Source: Vitrella brassicaformis CCMP3155 (taxonomy: Eukaryota > Protista > Chromerida). From it: a stretch of 64,000 bases of DNA. Shown here piece by piece: positions 37,401 through 55,086 of the stretch. The DNA is taken from the NCBI GenBank assembly GCA_001179505.1, contig CDMY01000451.1:1-64000 (forward strand), in the 5' to 3' direction. How positions within the stretch are numbered: the first letter of the stretch is position 1; each line of letters opens with the position of its first letter. The translations under genes and the position numbers were made by a program. The notes beneath the pieces were generated by a model, which worked only from the letters and a program-made list of their open reading frames with translations, made no database searches and had not been told where the DNA came from.

Positions 37401-38010
37401 ATCGCTGGGCTGGCCTGGCCTGCCCTAGACGACCCCTCCCCTCTCTCTCCCTCTCCTCTGCGTGCTGTGCTCACAGCATATGGGCAAACGCACACAGTGT
37501 GCCCCTGTCGCTGCTCTGCAACGTACTAGCAGGCGACAGGACATTTGGACCCACAGGACCCTCAGACAGAACAAACGCACGAACGAATGAACGATAGATG
37601 GATGGATGAATCGCCCCAATCCATCCATCCGTCCATCCCCCCTTGCATGCAAGTCATGGGCGCCCCCCTCCCCACACACAGACAGACAGACAGACAGACA
37701 CTTAGGTAGTTGAAAGCATTCTTCGGCAGCCAGACAGCCAGCCAGCCAGAGAGAGAGAGAGAGGGACGGACGGACAGACGGACACACCGGCAGGGTTTGC
37801 AGGGAGTGGGGCGCGCACACGACAGCAACCAAGCACGCAAGGGGCAGGTAGCCGTATGAACGAATGAACGAATCAGGTCAATCAGTGAATTCTCATCTGA
37901 TCTGTACACACCAAACACACGGGGAGTAAAAAAGCTCTTTCTGCCCCTCTCCCTCCTCCTCTATCCCTATGTTTCCTTTCTAGGAGAAAACAGGGCAGGG
38001 CGGGGCGGCG

Positions 38011-38932
38011 CTAAAATTCGCACCAGTAAGTGTCGTGCTGGTGCAACCTGGCAGCAGCGCCGCCCGACGCCATCTGCATCATCCCTCCCCGCCCCTCCCC
38101 AAACGCAAAATCACACAGACTATTGACACAGAAAACGTCGCCCTCTCCCCCACTACCACCATCACCCACTCCCCCACCCGCCGCCGCATCGACGTCCATC
38201 TTGGAGGCCTTGGTCGTGACGAAAAAGTTGTCGACCTCCCTCTCCAGCTCCATCTGCTGCGCCAGCTGCCGCGAAACCGCCATCTTCTTCAGAGGCCGCC
38301 GGTCGTCGCACACTGAGAGCTGCAGAGGGTGCTTGGTGCCCCTCGTGTGGCGGCAGTCGCGCATGCTCTCGTCGTCGGTGCTGATGGCTTCGTCCTCTTC
38401 CATGATGGGCGTGAGGGACGGCAGGGACGACGCGAAGAGGCTGGAGGGGGAGGGGGAGGGCGGAGAGGGGGTGAGCGGGGAGATGGAGGGTTTGGGGAGG
38501 GACAGGGGCGCCCATGTGTCGAGGGGGGTGGGAGGAGGGGCCTGGGTGGTGCCAGTGACCGCAGAGAGGCTGGTCAGGCACTCGAGAATCGACGGGTGGA
38601 GAGAAGCAGGATCTGCATACCCACACACACGCACAAGCAACGAAGCTCACGCAAGCCCATGTATGAGATCTGAGCTGTCCACTGGCCTCTCTGCCCGTGA
38701 GACACAGCATGTAGAGCCTCTCCAGTCACCCTCGCTCACCTATCTGTCCCTGAACGCAGTGAATCGAACCATCAGGGGCTCGCACTATCCCAGCCTACAA
38801 AAAGGAAGCAACCAAGCACACACACGTCACCATAGCTGTCTCCCCGACGCCTTCATGTGCCTCCGTCCCTTCGGTGTGCGGGCGTACCTGCTGCGCAAGC
38901 TCGGCGGGCGTCGGGGTGCGAAGGAAACACAT
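38011..38932 (-). CDS. Hypothetical Ser/Pro-rich protein
   Basis: MCFLRTPTPAELAQQ|AGIVRAPDGSIHCVQGQIG|DPASLHPSILEC… with phase-consistent GT-AG junctions; large last exon. Confidence 0.5.
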
Positions 38933-39022
38933 TGGCTAGCCAAATGTCGGGCGAATGGTCAACTAACGGTGGATGAAGTATGCGGGAGGCCGTCCTTTCG
39001 ATTCTTTCTCTCCTCCTTCCTC

Positions 39023-39032
39023 TGCGAGCTTG
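39023..39032 (-). promoter_or_regulatory. CAAGCTCGCA motif between 38932- gene and PRP4K
   Basis: Same 9-mer, reverse strand. Confidence 0.5.
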
Positions 39033-39225
39033 GAATTTTCAAGCTTGCGTTTGTGAAGGGGAGGAGAGGCGAAGACGTGTGTTTGTTGGTGTGCAAACGT
39101 GCGTGAGATCCAGTTGGTGCCGTGTGTTGCTCCTCGCACTTTTGAAGACAGTGTTGAGGGGTAGACAGCCATCTACCCGGAGGGAGGGAGTCTCATATCT
39201 TTGCGCCACTGCGCCATTGTGACAC

Positions 39226-43714
<4,489 letters not shown>

Positions 43715-44645
43715 GCGGAATCAACGAGACGACATTATTGGGCCAGGACAGGAAGGGGAGGCCCATGCTGTTGCTGCTTTGTACCATGTTTGTAGGCTAT
43801 CTCTGTATCTCCATAGCAGATGGTCAGAGGGAGGGGACCGACCGTGGCCATGGCTGGCGGCAGTTTTTGAGAAACCGAGACACATTATGCAGTGGGTGAC
43901 CTTCGTGTGGTGGGGGTGGGCGGGGGTGTGTGGGCGATGGTTCTCTGCTGCTCGGTGCTGACGTGTTGTTACAGGGGAGCTGTGCTGTGTCGCCACGCGA
44001 GCAGCCATTGGACGGATCGTGCACACGACACGAGAAGGGGCGAGGCGACCGACGGAGGCAAGACAGCAACACGAGCACATAGGCAGCATGGGTGTGTATG
44101 CGGGCGGGGGGGTTCGTTGATGGATTGACAATTACAGGAGGGCGGCGGCTGTGTGTTGGCTCCGCGCGCGGCGACCGGTTCACACATCCATCGACCGACA
44201 CAGGGAGCCACAATCCATTCATCAAACCGACGAACGAACGAACGAACGACACACTCGACGTGTTATCTTCGTGTTGTGTGGTGAGGGCACTGTTCGGCCG
44301 ACGGTGGGCGTCGAGACGTCAGTCACCCCCCTTCCCTCCCTCTCTATAATGCTATGTGATGGTATTTTCCCGCCACAATACGATATCGATCGATCCATAC
44401 GTTCACACCGACTTGGCTTGGCTTGTATGCTGTGCTCACTGGCTGCAGTCCTCGAATCCCTACCCACAGAGCCAAGGTTGGGTGGGCACACCTCCCTGAC
44501 TCACCTGTCCCCCTTCTCTCTGCAGCAGTGTAGATGGCGTGAGGTGGCGTGCTGTGGTACTCTAGCTAGCGTAACTGAAAGTCTATTGTATATGCCGGCC
44601 GGGTCGGTCTGGGTGTCTGTCTGTCTGTCTGTCTGTCTGTTTCCC

Positions 44646-44685
<40 letters not shown>

Positions 44686-44998
44686 TGTGTGTCCTTGCGT
44701 GGCGTGCGATTTTCATGGCGCAAGAATGAGTGGACGGACGGAACTGTTGCTGCATGGTGCGATGCGCTGCGCGCGTGTGTGTGAGTGAATGCATCTCTAC
44801 CTACCTGCTTCGCTCTTTCCGGAGCTTCTCTAGCAATTCACTACACTCTAATTGACCAAACCACAGCGAGCGTCCCTCCGTCACCCACACGCCATACAAA
44901 CACACACACACACACACACACAACACGCGCCTTGCGATGCATCTGCTCCATCCATCCATCCAGCTGCTCGACGCACATAAGACGGCCTTTCTGTGTTC

Positions 44999-45803
44999 CT
45001 ACAAGCCGGCAGCCGTGAGGAATGCGTAAGCGACTGACAGCCACGAAGGCCACCGCCCCCCTCCCACAACTCCACTGACGATTGCTGCCGCTGCACATAA
45101 CCGGACACGCAGCCTACACACACACAGATGACACGTGCTCAGCAGAGAGTTCGTCTGTGTGAGTGTTGGGAGGGCAAGGGGATTCCATGGATACCTGCAG
45201 TGACACCACACTGGTGCGATTGGCGTTGAGCGGTGCGAGGGAGGCCTCGAAGGCCAGCAGCTCCCCGGAACAGCAGTTTGCAGCCGAGAATGGGTTCCTC
45301 ATGACGCCCTCTCGACACATACACCCCTCATGCAACGTCGTGTTGTCGCCCGCACTCTTGAGGCAGTTCTGCAGGGTGATGGCGTCCAGTTCGGCCGTGC
45401 CCTTGTATAGCTCCTGACCCAATTTGGCCACGCACATCTCTGCCGCGGGCGGCAAAGTGCCGTGGAGGTCCCGATATGAGTCGAAGCCCAGCAGCCGGAT
45501 GACGTCGAGATTGGGGTTGTTGTCGGTCTCGGTCAGCCACGCATTTCCCAGGTTTGGCTCTCTGTCTTCGTCTGCTGCTGTCGTGATATTTGCGGACTCG
45601 TTCTTGATGCCTTGTGAGGTCTTTGCAATGCTCGCCATGGTGGAAAGCTCCTCAAGGGGCGCCTTGACGGCAAGGATGCCTGCATCTGTGGGTGCGGCCT
45701 TGCGGAAGGAAGATGCCGACGGCGGTAGGCGGTTCGCACCACAGCGGATGGCCAAAACCGCCGCAAAAGTGACGACCAAGAGTGTCGCTGACGACCACGC
45801 CAT
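44999..45803 (-). CDS. Secreted or surface Cys-containing hypothetical protein
   Basis: Signal-like MAWSSATLLVVTFAAVLAIRCG, then a long open exon with Cys cluster (CV…NCL…EGCMC…NCCS). The 3' end is unresolved; a hydrophobic tail is possible near 45000-45110. Confidence 0.55.
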
Positions 45804-45975
45804 CCACACACACGCGAAAGAGCCGCGCTTTATACCATCGATGCTCCTCCCCCTCTGTAAACGCTTTGGCCCGGATGGAGCTCGCTAAGCTCCCTGAAGA
45901 AAAACCTCTAGATCCTTTCGTTTTCCGCCTTTCCCTCCGTTGTTTGGTCCGCGGATCGCACGAAAAGCATCAGGC

Positions 45976-48785
45976 ATGACATCCGCAGGCACCGGTCGTG
46001 ACCCGCTGCTGTCGGGCGGGCAGCGCAGATCCTCGCTGTTCAAGGTCCTGACGGCGGGCGCCCACGCCGAGGAGAGGGACGACCGTTTCTGGGAGGACGA
46101 TGACGAGGAGTACCATGAGAATATGTACGCGGCCACGGAGGATGCGGTGGAGCTCCACACCCGCACCCACGTCAACACACGGGATATGAGCGTGATGAGC
46201 GTCAAGGACCTCGGCAAGTATGTCAAGCGCCACACCATCCTCTCGGCCGGCGTGCAGCGGGAGCTCGAGGAAAAGTGAGCGGGCGGGCGAAAGATAGATC
46301 CATGGAGAGAATGGACGGATGGATGGATGGATGGGGAGGTAGATCTGCGGCTGTGCGGGGTGGTGGATGGATGTGTTGTGGTGTTTTCGTGTTGTTGTGC
46401 AGGAACCCCGGCGCCCTGGCGTTCCTGCAGTCGTTCGGAGGGATGCTCGTGCAGGTAGGGTATTGTCCCCCTCTCACCAACGCACTCGTGTGTGTGTGGC
46501 TTCCTGTCCATGTGTGTGTGGTGTGTGTTGTGTGTCAGTTGTTGATCTTCGCCGTGTGCGTCAACATCCAGAGCTTCAACCCCAACGTGGCGGCATGGGC
46601 CAAAGTCATCCCCGAGACCGGCAAACGCGGCAAACCATTCTTCGACGGTGCGTGGGAGTGGGTGTGGGGCTGAGTGCGCTGGATTGCATTGCGCGTGTGG
46701 TGCGGTGTGGTGTGGTGTGGTGTGTTGTGTTGTTTAGGTGTGGTGATGGCGTCCGCGAACGTGTTGAGCCTGTGTGTGATGATCAACATATCCTTCCTGG
46801 CCGAGGGATTCTCCGGACTCGCCGCATGCTTCAACCCACGGGTCAGTCGGCTGGCGCAGGAAACACACCCAACACGCAGTCCTTCCCCTTAACCNNNNNN
46901 NNNNNNNNNNNNNNNNNNNNNNNNNNNNNNNNNNNNNNNNNNNNNNNNNNNNNNNNNNNNNNNNNNNNNNNNNNNNNNNNNNNNNNNNNNNNNNNNNNNN
47001 NNNNNNNNNNNNNNNNNNNNNNNNNNNNNNNNNNNNNNNNNNNNNNNNNNNNNNNNNNNNNNNNNNNNNNNNNNNNNNNNNNNNNNNNNNNNNNNNNNNN
47101 NNNNNNNNNNNNNNNNNNNNNNNNNNNNNNNNNNNNNNNNNNNNNNNNNNNNNNNNNNNNNNNNNNNNNNNNNNNNNNNNNNNNNNNNNNNNNNGCGACT
47201 GCCTGCAGCTGATCGCTCTCGGTTACGCCGACCCCACCATCGTGCAGATCGTATCGCAGTCTAAGATGATACTCACGGCACTCCTCTGCAGGTGGGTACA
47301 CACACACACACACACACGAGGATGGATCTCTCTGCCCATTTCTCCTTCCCCCTCCCCCCCTCCTCCCTCTGTGTGTGTGTAGGGTTTTCCTGGGTCGCGA
47401 GTTGGCGGCCATCCAGTGGATATTGCTGGCGTGCATCGGCATGAACCTGCTCGCCTACGTCGATATCGACCTCCTCTTCACCGAGGGAGGGGGCGGCGCT
47501 GCCGCAGCGCAGTCCGCCGCAGATACCATGATCGGCATCGGCATTTTGCTGTTCAGAGTACGTTGGTGGCACGCCCCCCCACCCCCACCCCACCCCCCAC
47601 CCCCCACACACACACGCACATACGTGAGGTGGGTGTGGGAGCTGTCATTCGTCCGTCGTGTGTGTGTGGGTGTCTTTGTGTGTGTCGACGGATTGCCTGA
47701 CCAAACAGATCGTGTTGACCACCCCTGGTGGCGTGTTGTCGGATTTCCTCTTCAAGAGCACCAAGCGGCCCTTCTACATCCAAATGGCCCAGGTACTACC
47801 TAGACTCAAATTACCTCCAGCCACCCACACCACACCACACCACACACGATAGATGGACATTTGTATGCGTGTGTGCGTGTGTGTGTGTGTCCCCCNNNNN
47901 NNNNNNNNNNNNNNNNNNNNNNNNNNNNNNNNNNNNNNNNNNNNNNNNNNNNNNNNNNNNNNNNNNNNNNNNNNNNNNNNNNNNNNNNNNNNNNNNNNNN
48001 NNNNNNNNNNNNNNNNNNNNNNNNNNNNNNNNNNNNNNNNNNNNNNNNNNNNNNNNNNNNNNNNNNNNNNNNNNNNNNNNNNNNNNNNNNNNNNNNNNNN
48101 NNNNNNNNNNNNNNNNNNNNNNNNNNNNNNNNNNNNNNNNNNNNNNNNNNNNNNNNNNNNNNNNNNNNNNNNNNNNNNNNNNNNNNNNNNNNNNNCTCTC
48201 CCCCAACAGACGATGTTTAGTTGCGTGACGGCGAGCGTGATAGTGGCGTTGATTCAGTACTGGCGGGGCAACCTGTGGCACATCGGCCTCTTCGGCGGCA
48301 TCGACTGCGGTGGCTTCGAGCCCTGCGTGTGGAGCGGTCGCGTCTACTTCCTCGTCTGCTGGTACGCACCGGACACACGGACGGGCACACACATGGTACA
48401 CACTCTCTCTCCCTCCCTCCCTGTGTGTGTGTTATGGGTGTGTGTGTAGGTATGCGATCCGCGGGCGATGAACTGCATGCTGATGAAGCGCCTCGACGTC
48501 ATATGGAAGGGCATCGCCGACACGGTCGCCACGCTCTTCGTCTACATCTACGGCGTCACCATCTTCGGACGGTCCCCCGGCAAAGGCGTCGAACTGAAGG
48601 TACGCCACCCGTCCGCCCGCCCGCCCTTCTATATGTGTGTGCGCATATTGACGTGTGTGGGTATACGTGTGTGTGTGCAGGTGTCCCTGATATTCGCCAT
48701 CATCTTCCTGGTACTGGGCTACGTCCTGTCCAAGATGCAGGGGCCCCCCAAGAAGGAGGAGGGCGGCAAAGTGCAGCCCAAGTAG
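45976..48785 (+). CDS. Nucleotide-sugar transporter (SLC35A-like), interrupted by two gaps
   Basis: DPTIVQIVSQSKMILTALLCR|VFLGRELAAIQW; LSDFLFKS; MKRLDVIWKGIA; multiple TM segments. Confidence 0.85.
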
Positions 48786-49089
48786 ACTAAGACTACGAGA
48801 TAGATAAGACCGGCCGGCCGGCAAAAGAACGACACACCCAAAACCAAACACCAAACACCACACGCCTTACACACACGTGTACATATCACCCATCCTTATG
48901 AGGTAGGTAGCTGCTGAAGGCCGGCGGATAGAAAAGAGACTGAGGGCGTTTTAATCGAGGGCCTAAGTGTGCGTGTGCGGGTGCGTGTATGTGTGTATGT
49001 GTGAGTGTATGTGTGTGTGCCGGGTGAGTGTGTGTGTGTGCCGGGTGAATGTGTGCGGTACGGGGTTGTAGAGGATAGGCAGAGCTCCT

Positions 49090-49440
49090 GGATGGATGGC
49101 TGCATGAATGAATGATTTGTGGCTTGATGCTTGTGCGATAGGACGGACACACAGACACGCGGGAAGGGCACAACACAACACACACGCCTCTCTCTCTTCT
49201 TTCTTTGCCCCCTGCCTTTTTCCCACCCCCCAACCACACACGCACACACCCCTCCCTCCCCCTCTCCCTCCCTCTCTCTCCCCGTCTATGACGTCCCACT
49301 TTGTGGCTGCATGTGCATGTGCGTCTGCGTGAAGATGCATGGATGTGTGTGTGTGCGTGTGCGCGTGTGTGTGTGCGTGTGGATGTGTGTGTATGCAGAG
49401 GGAAAGGAGTGGCATGGATGGCTGTCCTGCCTGCATAGCT
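49090..49440. repeat. Degenerate direct repeat R, second copy at about 51490..51690
   Basis: ggatggctg…tgatttgtgg…gatgcttgtgcga.aggac and gca.aggga.aggagtg blocks occur in both. Confidence 0.55.
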
Positions 49441-49648
49441 AAAATGGACGCGCCTCCATATTCCATCAACCGAGCTGACGTAGAAGTGTCACTCGCCTCA
49501 CGTGTCTGGTAGGTATGTCCACACGATTAATAAAGCACCATTTGAGACTATCACAAATCCCGAAGAAATGGACTAGCAGCTGATTTACAGCAGACACGAC
49601 ACACACAGGCAGGCAGGCACACACGACACACAAAGGCCACATGCACGC

Positions 49649-50777
49649 TCACATATGCGCAGTATCAGTCACGACGACTGGCTTCGTAAACAATGCCTCC
49701 GGAAAAGTAATCTTCTGTGTGTCGTCTTTGTACGTAGAAGTGATAAGCAAAGCCGAAGTAGAGCGGGGTGGCCGAAGTAGAAAATCAGGTCCCGGAATGT
49801 CACAGATACAGCTACCCGAACAGGTCACCTTCCCATCTCCTTCAGGCATGCCGTCCTTCCACTGGCCTTCGTAAACAGTACCGCCCGAACAAGTCATCGG
49901 GTCGCAAAAACATCCAGAAGGGTCTTTGAAGACAAACCCATCCGGACAAGTCATCTTCCCCCATCCCTCACGGGTGCCGCCTTTCCGTTGGCCTTCGTAG
50001 ACGCTGTCACGCGGAAGAATCACCTTGACTCGGCCATACTGGAAGACAGAACCACTCGGCCAAGTCATCTTTACATCTCCTTCACGTTTGTCAGCTTCCA
50101 CTGGCCATCGTAGACACCATCCGAACAAGTCCACCGCCCAACCCCCGCACGCTCATCGTCTTCCCACTGGCCTTCGTAGACACCGCCATCTGAATAAGTC
50201 ATCCTCCCCTCTCCATCGCGCTTGCCGCCCTTCAGCTGGCCCTCGTAGCGACGGCCATCGGAGTAAGACACCTTTCCTTGCCCCTCGAAGGCCTCAAACC
50301 GCCGTAGACGCTCTTCAGCCTGCTCGCTCCGTCTTCGCCACTCATCCCGCTCTTCCCGCAGCCTGAGAAGCTCCTCTGCATCGACGGCCTGGACAAGGCT
50401 TGATGAAGCCTCAGAGGGAGCGTTGTGAGGGGAAGCCGGCGTGTCGGTCATCGGCGAGGAAGCGGGAAGACGATAAGACGGGGCAGCGGGAAACAATGGA
50501 TTGGCAGATCCTTGCAGCAGGTGGTTGCAGAGAGCCGAGAGGAGATCCTGGGGCCGAGAGGGATGCCGTGTGTTGGCGCCTCCCGCTGGTGCTGCAGCGG
50601 TTTCATGGAGCACCCTAGGCGCTTGTTGAAATGGCAGAGCAGGAGGGTGCCGTGAGAGGCGCCATTATCGGCTGAGATGTTCTCGATCAGCTTCTGAATG
50701 CGATCTCGGTGTGTCATGCTCTCGGCCTCTTCACAGCCCCGGTCAGCCTCCCCGGCCCTCGACGATATCGATGCCAT
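49649..50777 (-). pseudogene. MORN-repeat protein with coiled coil, frameshifted
   Basis: YEGQLKGGKRDGEGRMTYSDG, YEGQWEDDERAGVG, YEGQWKDGMPEGDG. A -1 shift at about 50097 (tgg aa gct gac) splits the repeats across two frames. Confidence 0.85.
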
Positions 50778-51200
50778 TCGCGCCCATTATCATCAACAGC
50801 AGCTATGCCACCGAGATCTGTGATTCATCTGCTCGTCGGGAAAGCAGCGTGAGCTAGGGGACCCTCGACAGCTGCTTGCTTGCCTCCCGTCCGCCGACAG
50901 TCGGCTATCAAGATCCCAGCCCATCTTCCTCTGAGTTTCCTCTGTCCATGACGCTGCAAGTTCGGCGTTCAAGAAGATCCAAGCACTGGGGATCAGTCCA
51001 TCTCTTCCAATGCCCTCTAGGGATGCCCCCTGTTTGGCCCTGCCGGTTTGGAGTTTGCCGCCTTACATCTCAGTCTACAGGAATCCTGTCAGCAGCTCGG
51101 ACAAGCTATATCGTGTGGAGGGTCTGCACGACGTCACCATGGCGCGCTCAATCCCGATGAGAGAAGCGTGTTGACGGCTGGAACGGCTCTCCACACTTGG
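50605..51200. repeat. Cassette X, copy B
   Basis: Reverse-complement homologue of 25690..26315. Confidence 0.8.
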
Positions 51201-52045
51201 CGGCGTCACGAGGCATTCCCGATGTGGCAACGGCGCTGGCTGATCATGATGCAACGATCATGATGCAACACGATACCCATGCCGTTGCTCATTTTCCGCC
51301 TTGTTGTTCCCTCTGGTTGGTGCAGGTACCCGGCAGTGTGTGCCGTCGAGTATCATCGTGGCAACGACGAGGCCACCGATGGCGCCCGCGGCCATTCACC
51401 AGTAACAGCTGCAGCCACAAGGTCACTGCAGATCAGGAGCAGATGGTGAAACGCTTCCCGCTGGCGCCTCGCCATTCGGTGCTACTTTGATGGATGGCTG
51501 TGTGAGTGATTTGTGGGTCGATGCTTGTGCGAAAGGACACACAGACAGACGCCTCTCTATCTTTGCCCTCCGTGTCTCTGTGTGGGTGTGTGTGTCTGTG
51601 ACGTCCTGGATGTCTCTCTCTCTGTGTGTGTGCGGGTGTGCGTGCAAAGGGAGAGGAGTGCGATAGCTGGCTGCCTGCCTAGGTAGAGTCTGTGGGTGGA
51701 TGCCACCATGGACGGAAACATTTACCCGACAGACAGACAGATCGGTCGATATGCAGTCAGTCCTGCAGATCGGTAGATATTCATGTCAGCAGAGCAGTCT
51801 GTCCATCCATCCATCCCGTTTACAAACACATGAAGCCTTCTACTGGTCAGCCACGCATCCACACGCACACAGACACACACATGAAGCTATGCTAGGCAGC
51901 GACTCAATGTCGTCGGCTAAGAACAACCCCCACTGCCCGTCTGCTACGAATAATCCACCACACACAATAGACACACAGCATATACACACACACACACAGA
52001 GCAGACAGTTAGCCCGTCTTGTGAATGGGTGCCGTTCCCTCACCT

Positions 52046-54193
52046 TCAGGGATTGCGAATTGCAGTAACTACCGTCCATCCGCCGTCCGACCCGCTGATG
52101 GCTCGGGAGCAGAAAGCACCGATGTTGGCGCCAACAGGGAGGGAAGCGAGGATGGAATCGTGCTGCCCAGCTGTCGTCTCTTTGACCTGCAGTGTGACGC
52201 TCTGGAGGCCTCTGATGTGCGGGATCACCGATGAGAGGCGGGCACGGACGAAGCTGCCGGCATCCTGCACATCAGCAGGCACTGAGAGGGAGGGAACACA
52301 CACAAGGCCAGAGATGAGGACGGAGGGACACACTTCCCCTCCCTCTCGGCGTACGTGTCGTGGCGAAACGAAGTCCCGAGATTGTAGGCAAGCTGCCGAC
52401 CGCCCCCACGAGTTGGTCGACCCCGACATCCCCCATCACCACATACCGCACCTCCCTCTGCCCCCCCAGCGCCGTCAACACGCCCACCTGCTCATCACCA
52501 CCCAACACCCCGTAGGCGCACACCACCAGCACCTCCTCGGGCATCTTGGCGGCGAATAGCCGAGCAGCAGCAACAGCCAGGTCGCTCCAGACATGCAGCC
52601 GTGAGGCTTTCGGGAATGGCTTTAGGTGGGTGATGATGGTGGGGTGCGGCGATGGGGTGTTGGTCGGGGGATCGAAGTCGTCGGCATTCTTGACCTCCAC
52701 CGTCTCGGCCTTGTCGAATGAGAGGCTGGATGCGATGTCGATGGCCAATTCGCTGGCATTGGCGTGCGGGTCGGCGAGGCCGTCCTGGGTGAGGATGTAC
52801 TGCACACGCAAGGCCTGCCGGGCCAGCTGCTGCAGCATGGTCTTGAATGAGGGTGAAGGGTGGGAGGGAAAGTCGGCGGAGTCGAAAATGGACAGGTCGA
52901 ACTCGGTATGGCCGAGGGTGGCGGTGGTGAGAATGAGTGGGGCGTCCTGTCGGCAGCACGTGCCGACCAGTCGGTCCAGGGCCACCAGGACGGGCAAGTT
53001 GCGGCGGCCGACGTGGGTGCCATAAAAGCACACGTGCAGCTGCTCGAGTGACTGTCGGCAGCCCCGCGCAACGAGCACTTCCTGCAGCAACAACAAACAC
53101 AGATACAGGAAGGACATCATGAGCCAACCCCCACGACCTGCTGCACACGTGCGTGCTTTGTGTTCACCTAAAGCCGATCTATGCCCTCCCGCACCCGATG
53201 GTCGTGCCAGTCGATCTCGATTGTGCCGATGCTCTCCAGCTGAGCTAGTGGCCGTCCCGGTTGCCCAGCAGGTGCCGCAGGGATGCCCTCAAGTACACGC
53301 GGCCACACCTCACCCCCAAAGCTCCCGTCCACGCACCGCAGGGAGCGGGACGAGCTGATGAACTGGCCCAATCTGCCGGCGTCCCAATTCCGTTGCTGCG
53401 CGGTGGTGAGTGAGGGCATCTCCCAGCGTCGGTCGGCCAGCCCCTGATGGTCGCGGTGCAGACCCTCAATGGTCGTGAGTGCGTGGAGGGTCGGGGGCGG
53501 GTCGAGACGAGGTGGGAGGGAAGGGTATATCCTCAAGACGGTCCGCAGCTCCAGGTCGGTCACCCGAACCCCTTCTTCGATGGTGATGCTCTGCAGAGTC
53601 CCGCCACCCATGTTGGCTGCACGTCGGCCGGCAATGTGGCCCTCTACCATGGCCAGAAACACGTCCAAACACCACCGGGGGAAGCCGAGTGGGTAGCGAA
53701 GGACGATGGACGTGAGCTGCCTGAGGTATGTGGCCCATTCCTTGACGAGGTCGATGGTGGCCGTCTGCCAAAACGACCGCTCGTGCTGGTCTGCTGCGCT
53801 GATGGTGAGGTGGTGCTGCTTCCGAGCCGCGTGCTGCCATGTCAGTGGCGGCAGCTGCAGCTGCATCAGCAGGTGGATTGGGAGGAAGGCCATGACGATG
53901 CTAAGGAGACCGGGCTGCACACAGCACAGCACACGGGACGGCAAGAGGTGTGAGTGTCAGTGTCTGGATCACCATGTCAGTGATTTGTTGCCGAAAGTTG
54001 CTTTCCCTCTCAGCGCGACGCTGTCGCTCCTCATCGCTGTCAACACCAGCAGCAGCAGATGAAGAGGCAGACGAAGAAGACGCTGCTGGTGTGCCCTCAC
54101 GACGGGACTTCTTGACCTGCACACACGCACCCAATAGACAAACCCATTGCAGGGGTGCTGTGATGCCCTCACCTGTACATCGTCACCCTCCAT
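52046..54193 (-). pseudogene. Lineage-specific multicopy family Y, copy B (in-frame TAG at 53168-53170)
   Basis: Homologous to 26707..29047. The exon ends ctt TAG|gtgaac where copy A has ctt CAG|gtgaac; downstream exons remain open. Confidence 0.75.
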
Positions 54194-54489
54194 TGCTGCT
54201 GTAGATCTAACTCAGCGGCTGGGCTCCGCGATGAGAACTCCGAGGCCTTCTCAGAGGCGACCACTTAACCAATTCTCCCGGTCCCTCCCTGACATCCAAA
54301 CACACAGCACATGAGGGCGGCACCGATGGTGAATTGGCCTTCTCCCTCTCTCTGCCTGGCGTACCTCAGGAAGGATAGACGCGACGATGCCACTCAGTCA
54401 ACTCATCGATTTGAGCAAGGACGCTGAGCCACCCCTCGATGCTGCACAGGGGTGGCTGCGTCCCCTTGCTTCGCTTTTTCTCTGAGATC

Positions 54490-54499
54490 TGCGAGCTTA
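54490..54499 (-). promoter_or_regulatory. TAAGCTCGCA motif between family-Y copy B and SnoaL gene
   Basis: Same 9-mer, reverse strand. Confidence 0.5.
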
Positions 54500-54604
54500 A
54501 TCTTTGATCTCATGCTGCTGCCCTTTGCTGCCGCCTGCCAGTGCCTGCATTTGCAGCCGTGCACATTTCAGCACTTCGCTTTGCGCCGCGCCTGTTCGTC
54601 ATTC

Positions 54605-55086
54605 ATGGCTGTTGACTATGTGGCTCTTGCGCGAGAGTACGGGCGGCTGTCGAATCTGCACGACCTGTCTGGCATTTTTCGCATGATCAACGACGATGCC
54701 GTCATCTATGGGAATGAGGGGCGGGCGGCCATCGTCGAAGGAATGAGGGCGTTCAGAAGGAGATACAAAGACGTATACTGGGTGGTGAGCTTATGAGCAC
54801 ACACAATGGACTGACTCACGGAAGCCATCTATGTGTCTGCCTGTGTGGCTGTATGCAGTTTCATTCCTTTGAGCTGGTCGGCCCTCGTCAAGTGGAGTTT
54901 GCCTTCGACCGCTACTGGCGGGCCGACAGTGGCGATGGTGCTGCTGTTATGGTGTGCTCGGCTGCCGAAGTCATCACCTTCACGGAAGACGGCCTGATGC
55001 AGCGCATCGACTACAGCCGGCGGCCAACAGACCCGCAGCCATCGGCAGGCTATCCGGAAGGCGCACAAGTGACGCCAACCGATTGA
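54605..55086 (+). CDS. SnoaL-like / NTF2-fold small protein
   Basis: MAVDYVALAREYGRLSNLHDLSGIFRMINDDAVIYG…|FHSFELVGPRQVEFAFDRYW…EVITFTEDGLMQRI; 2 exons, typical SnoaL pattern. Confidence 0.6.

Noticed and set aside
36000-38000. Coding genes, CRISPR-like arrays or RNA genes in microsatellite-rich DNA
   Set aside because: Only simple repeats (CA, CAGA, GGAT, GA) and no coherent spliced frame. I recognised no repeat-spacer array, tRNA or rRNA anywhere in the window.
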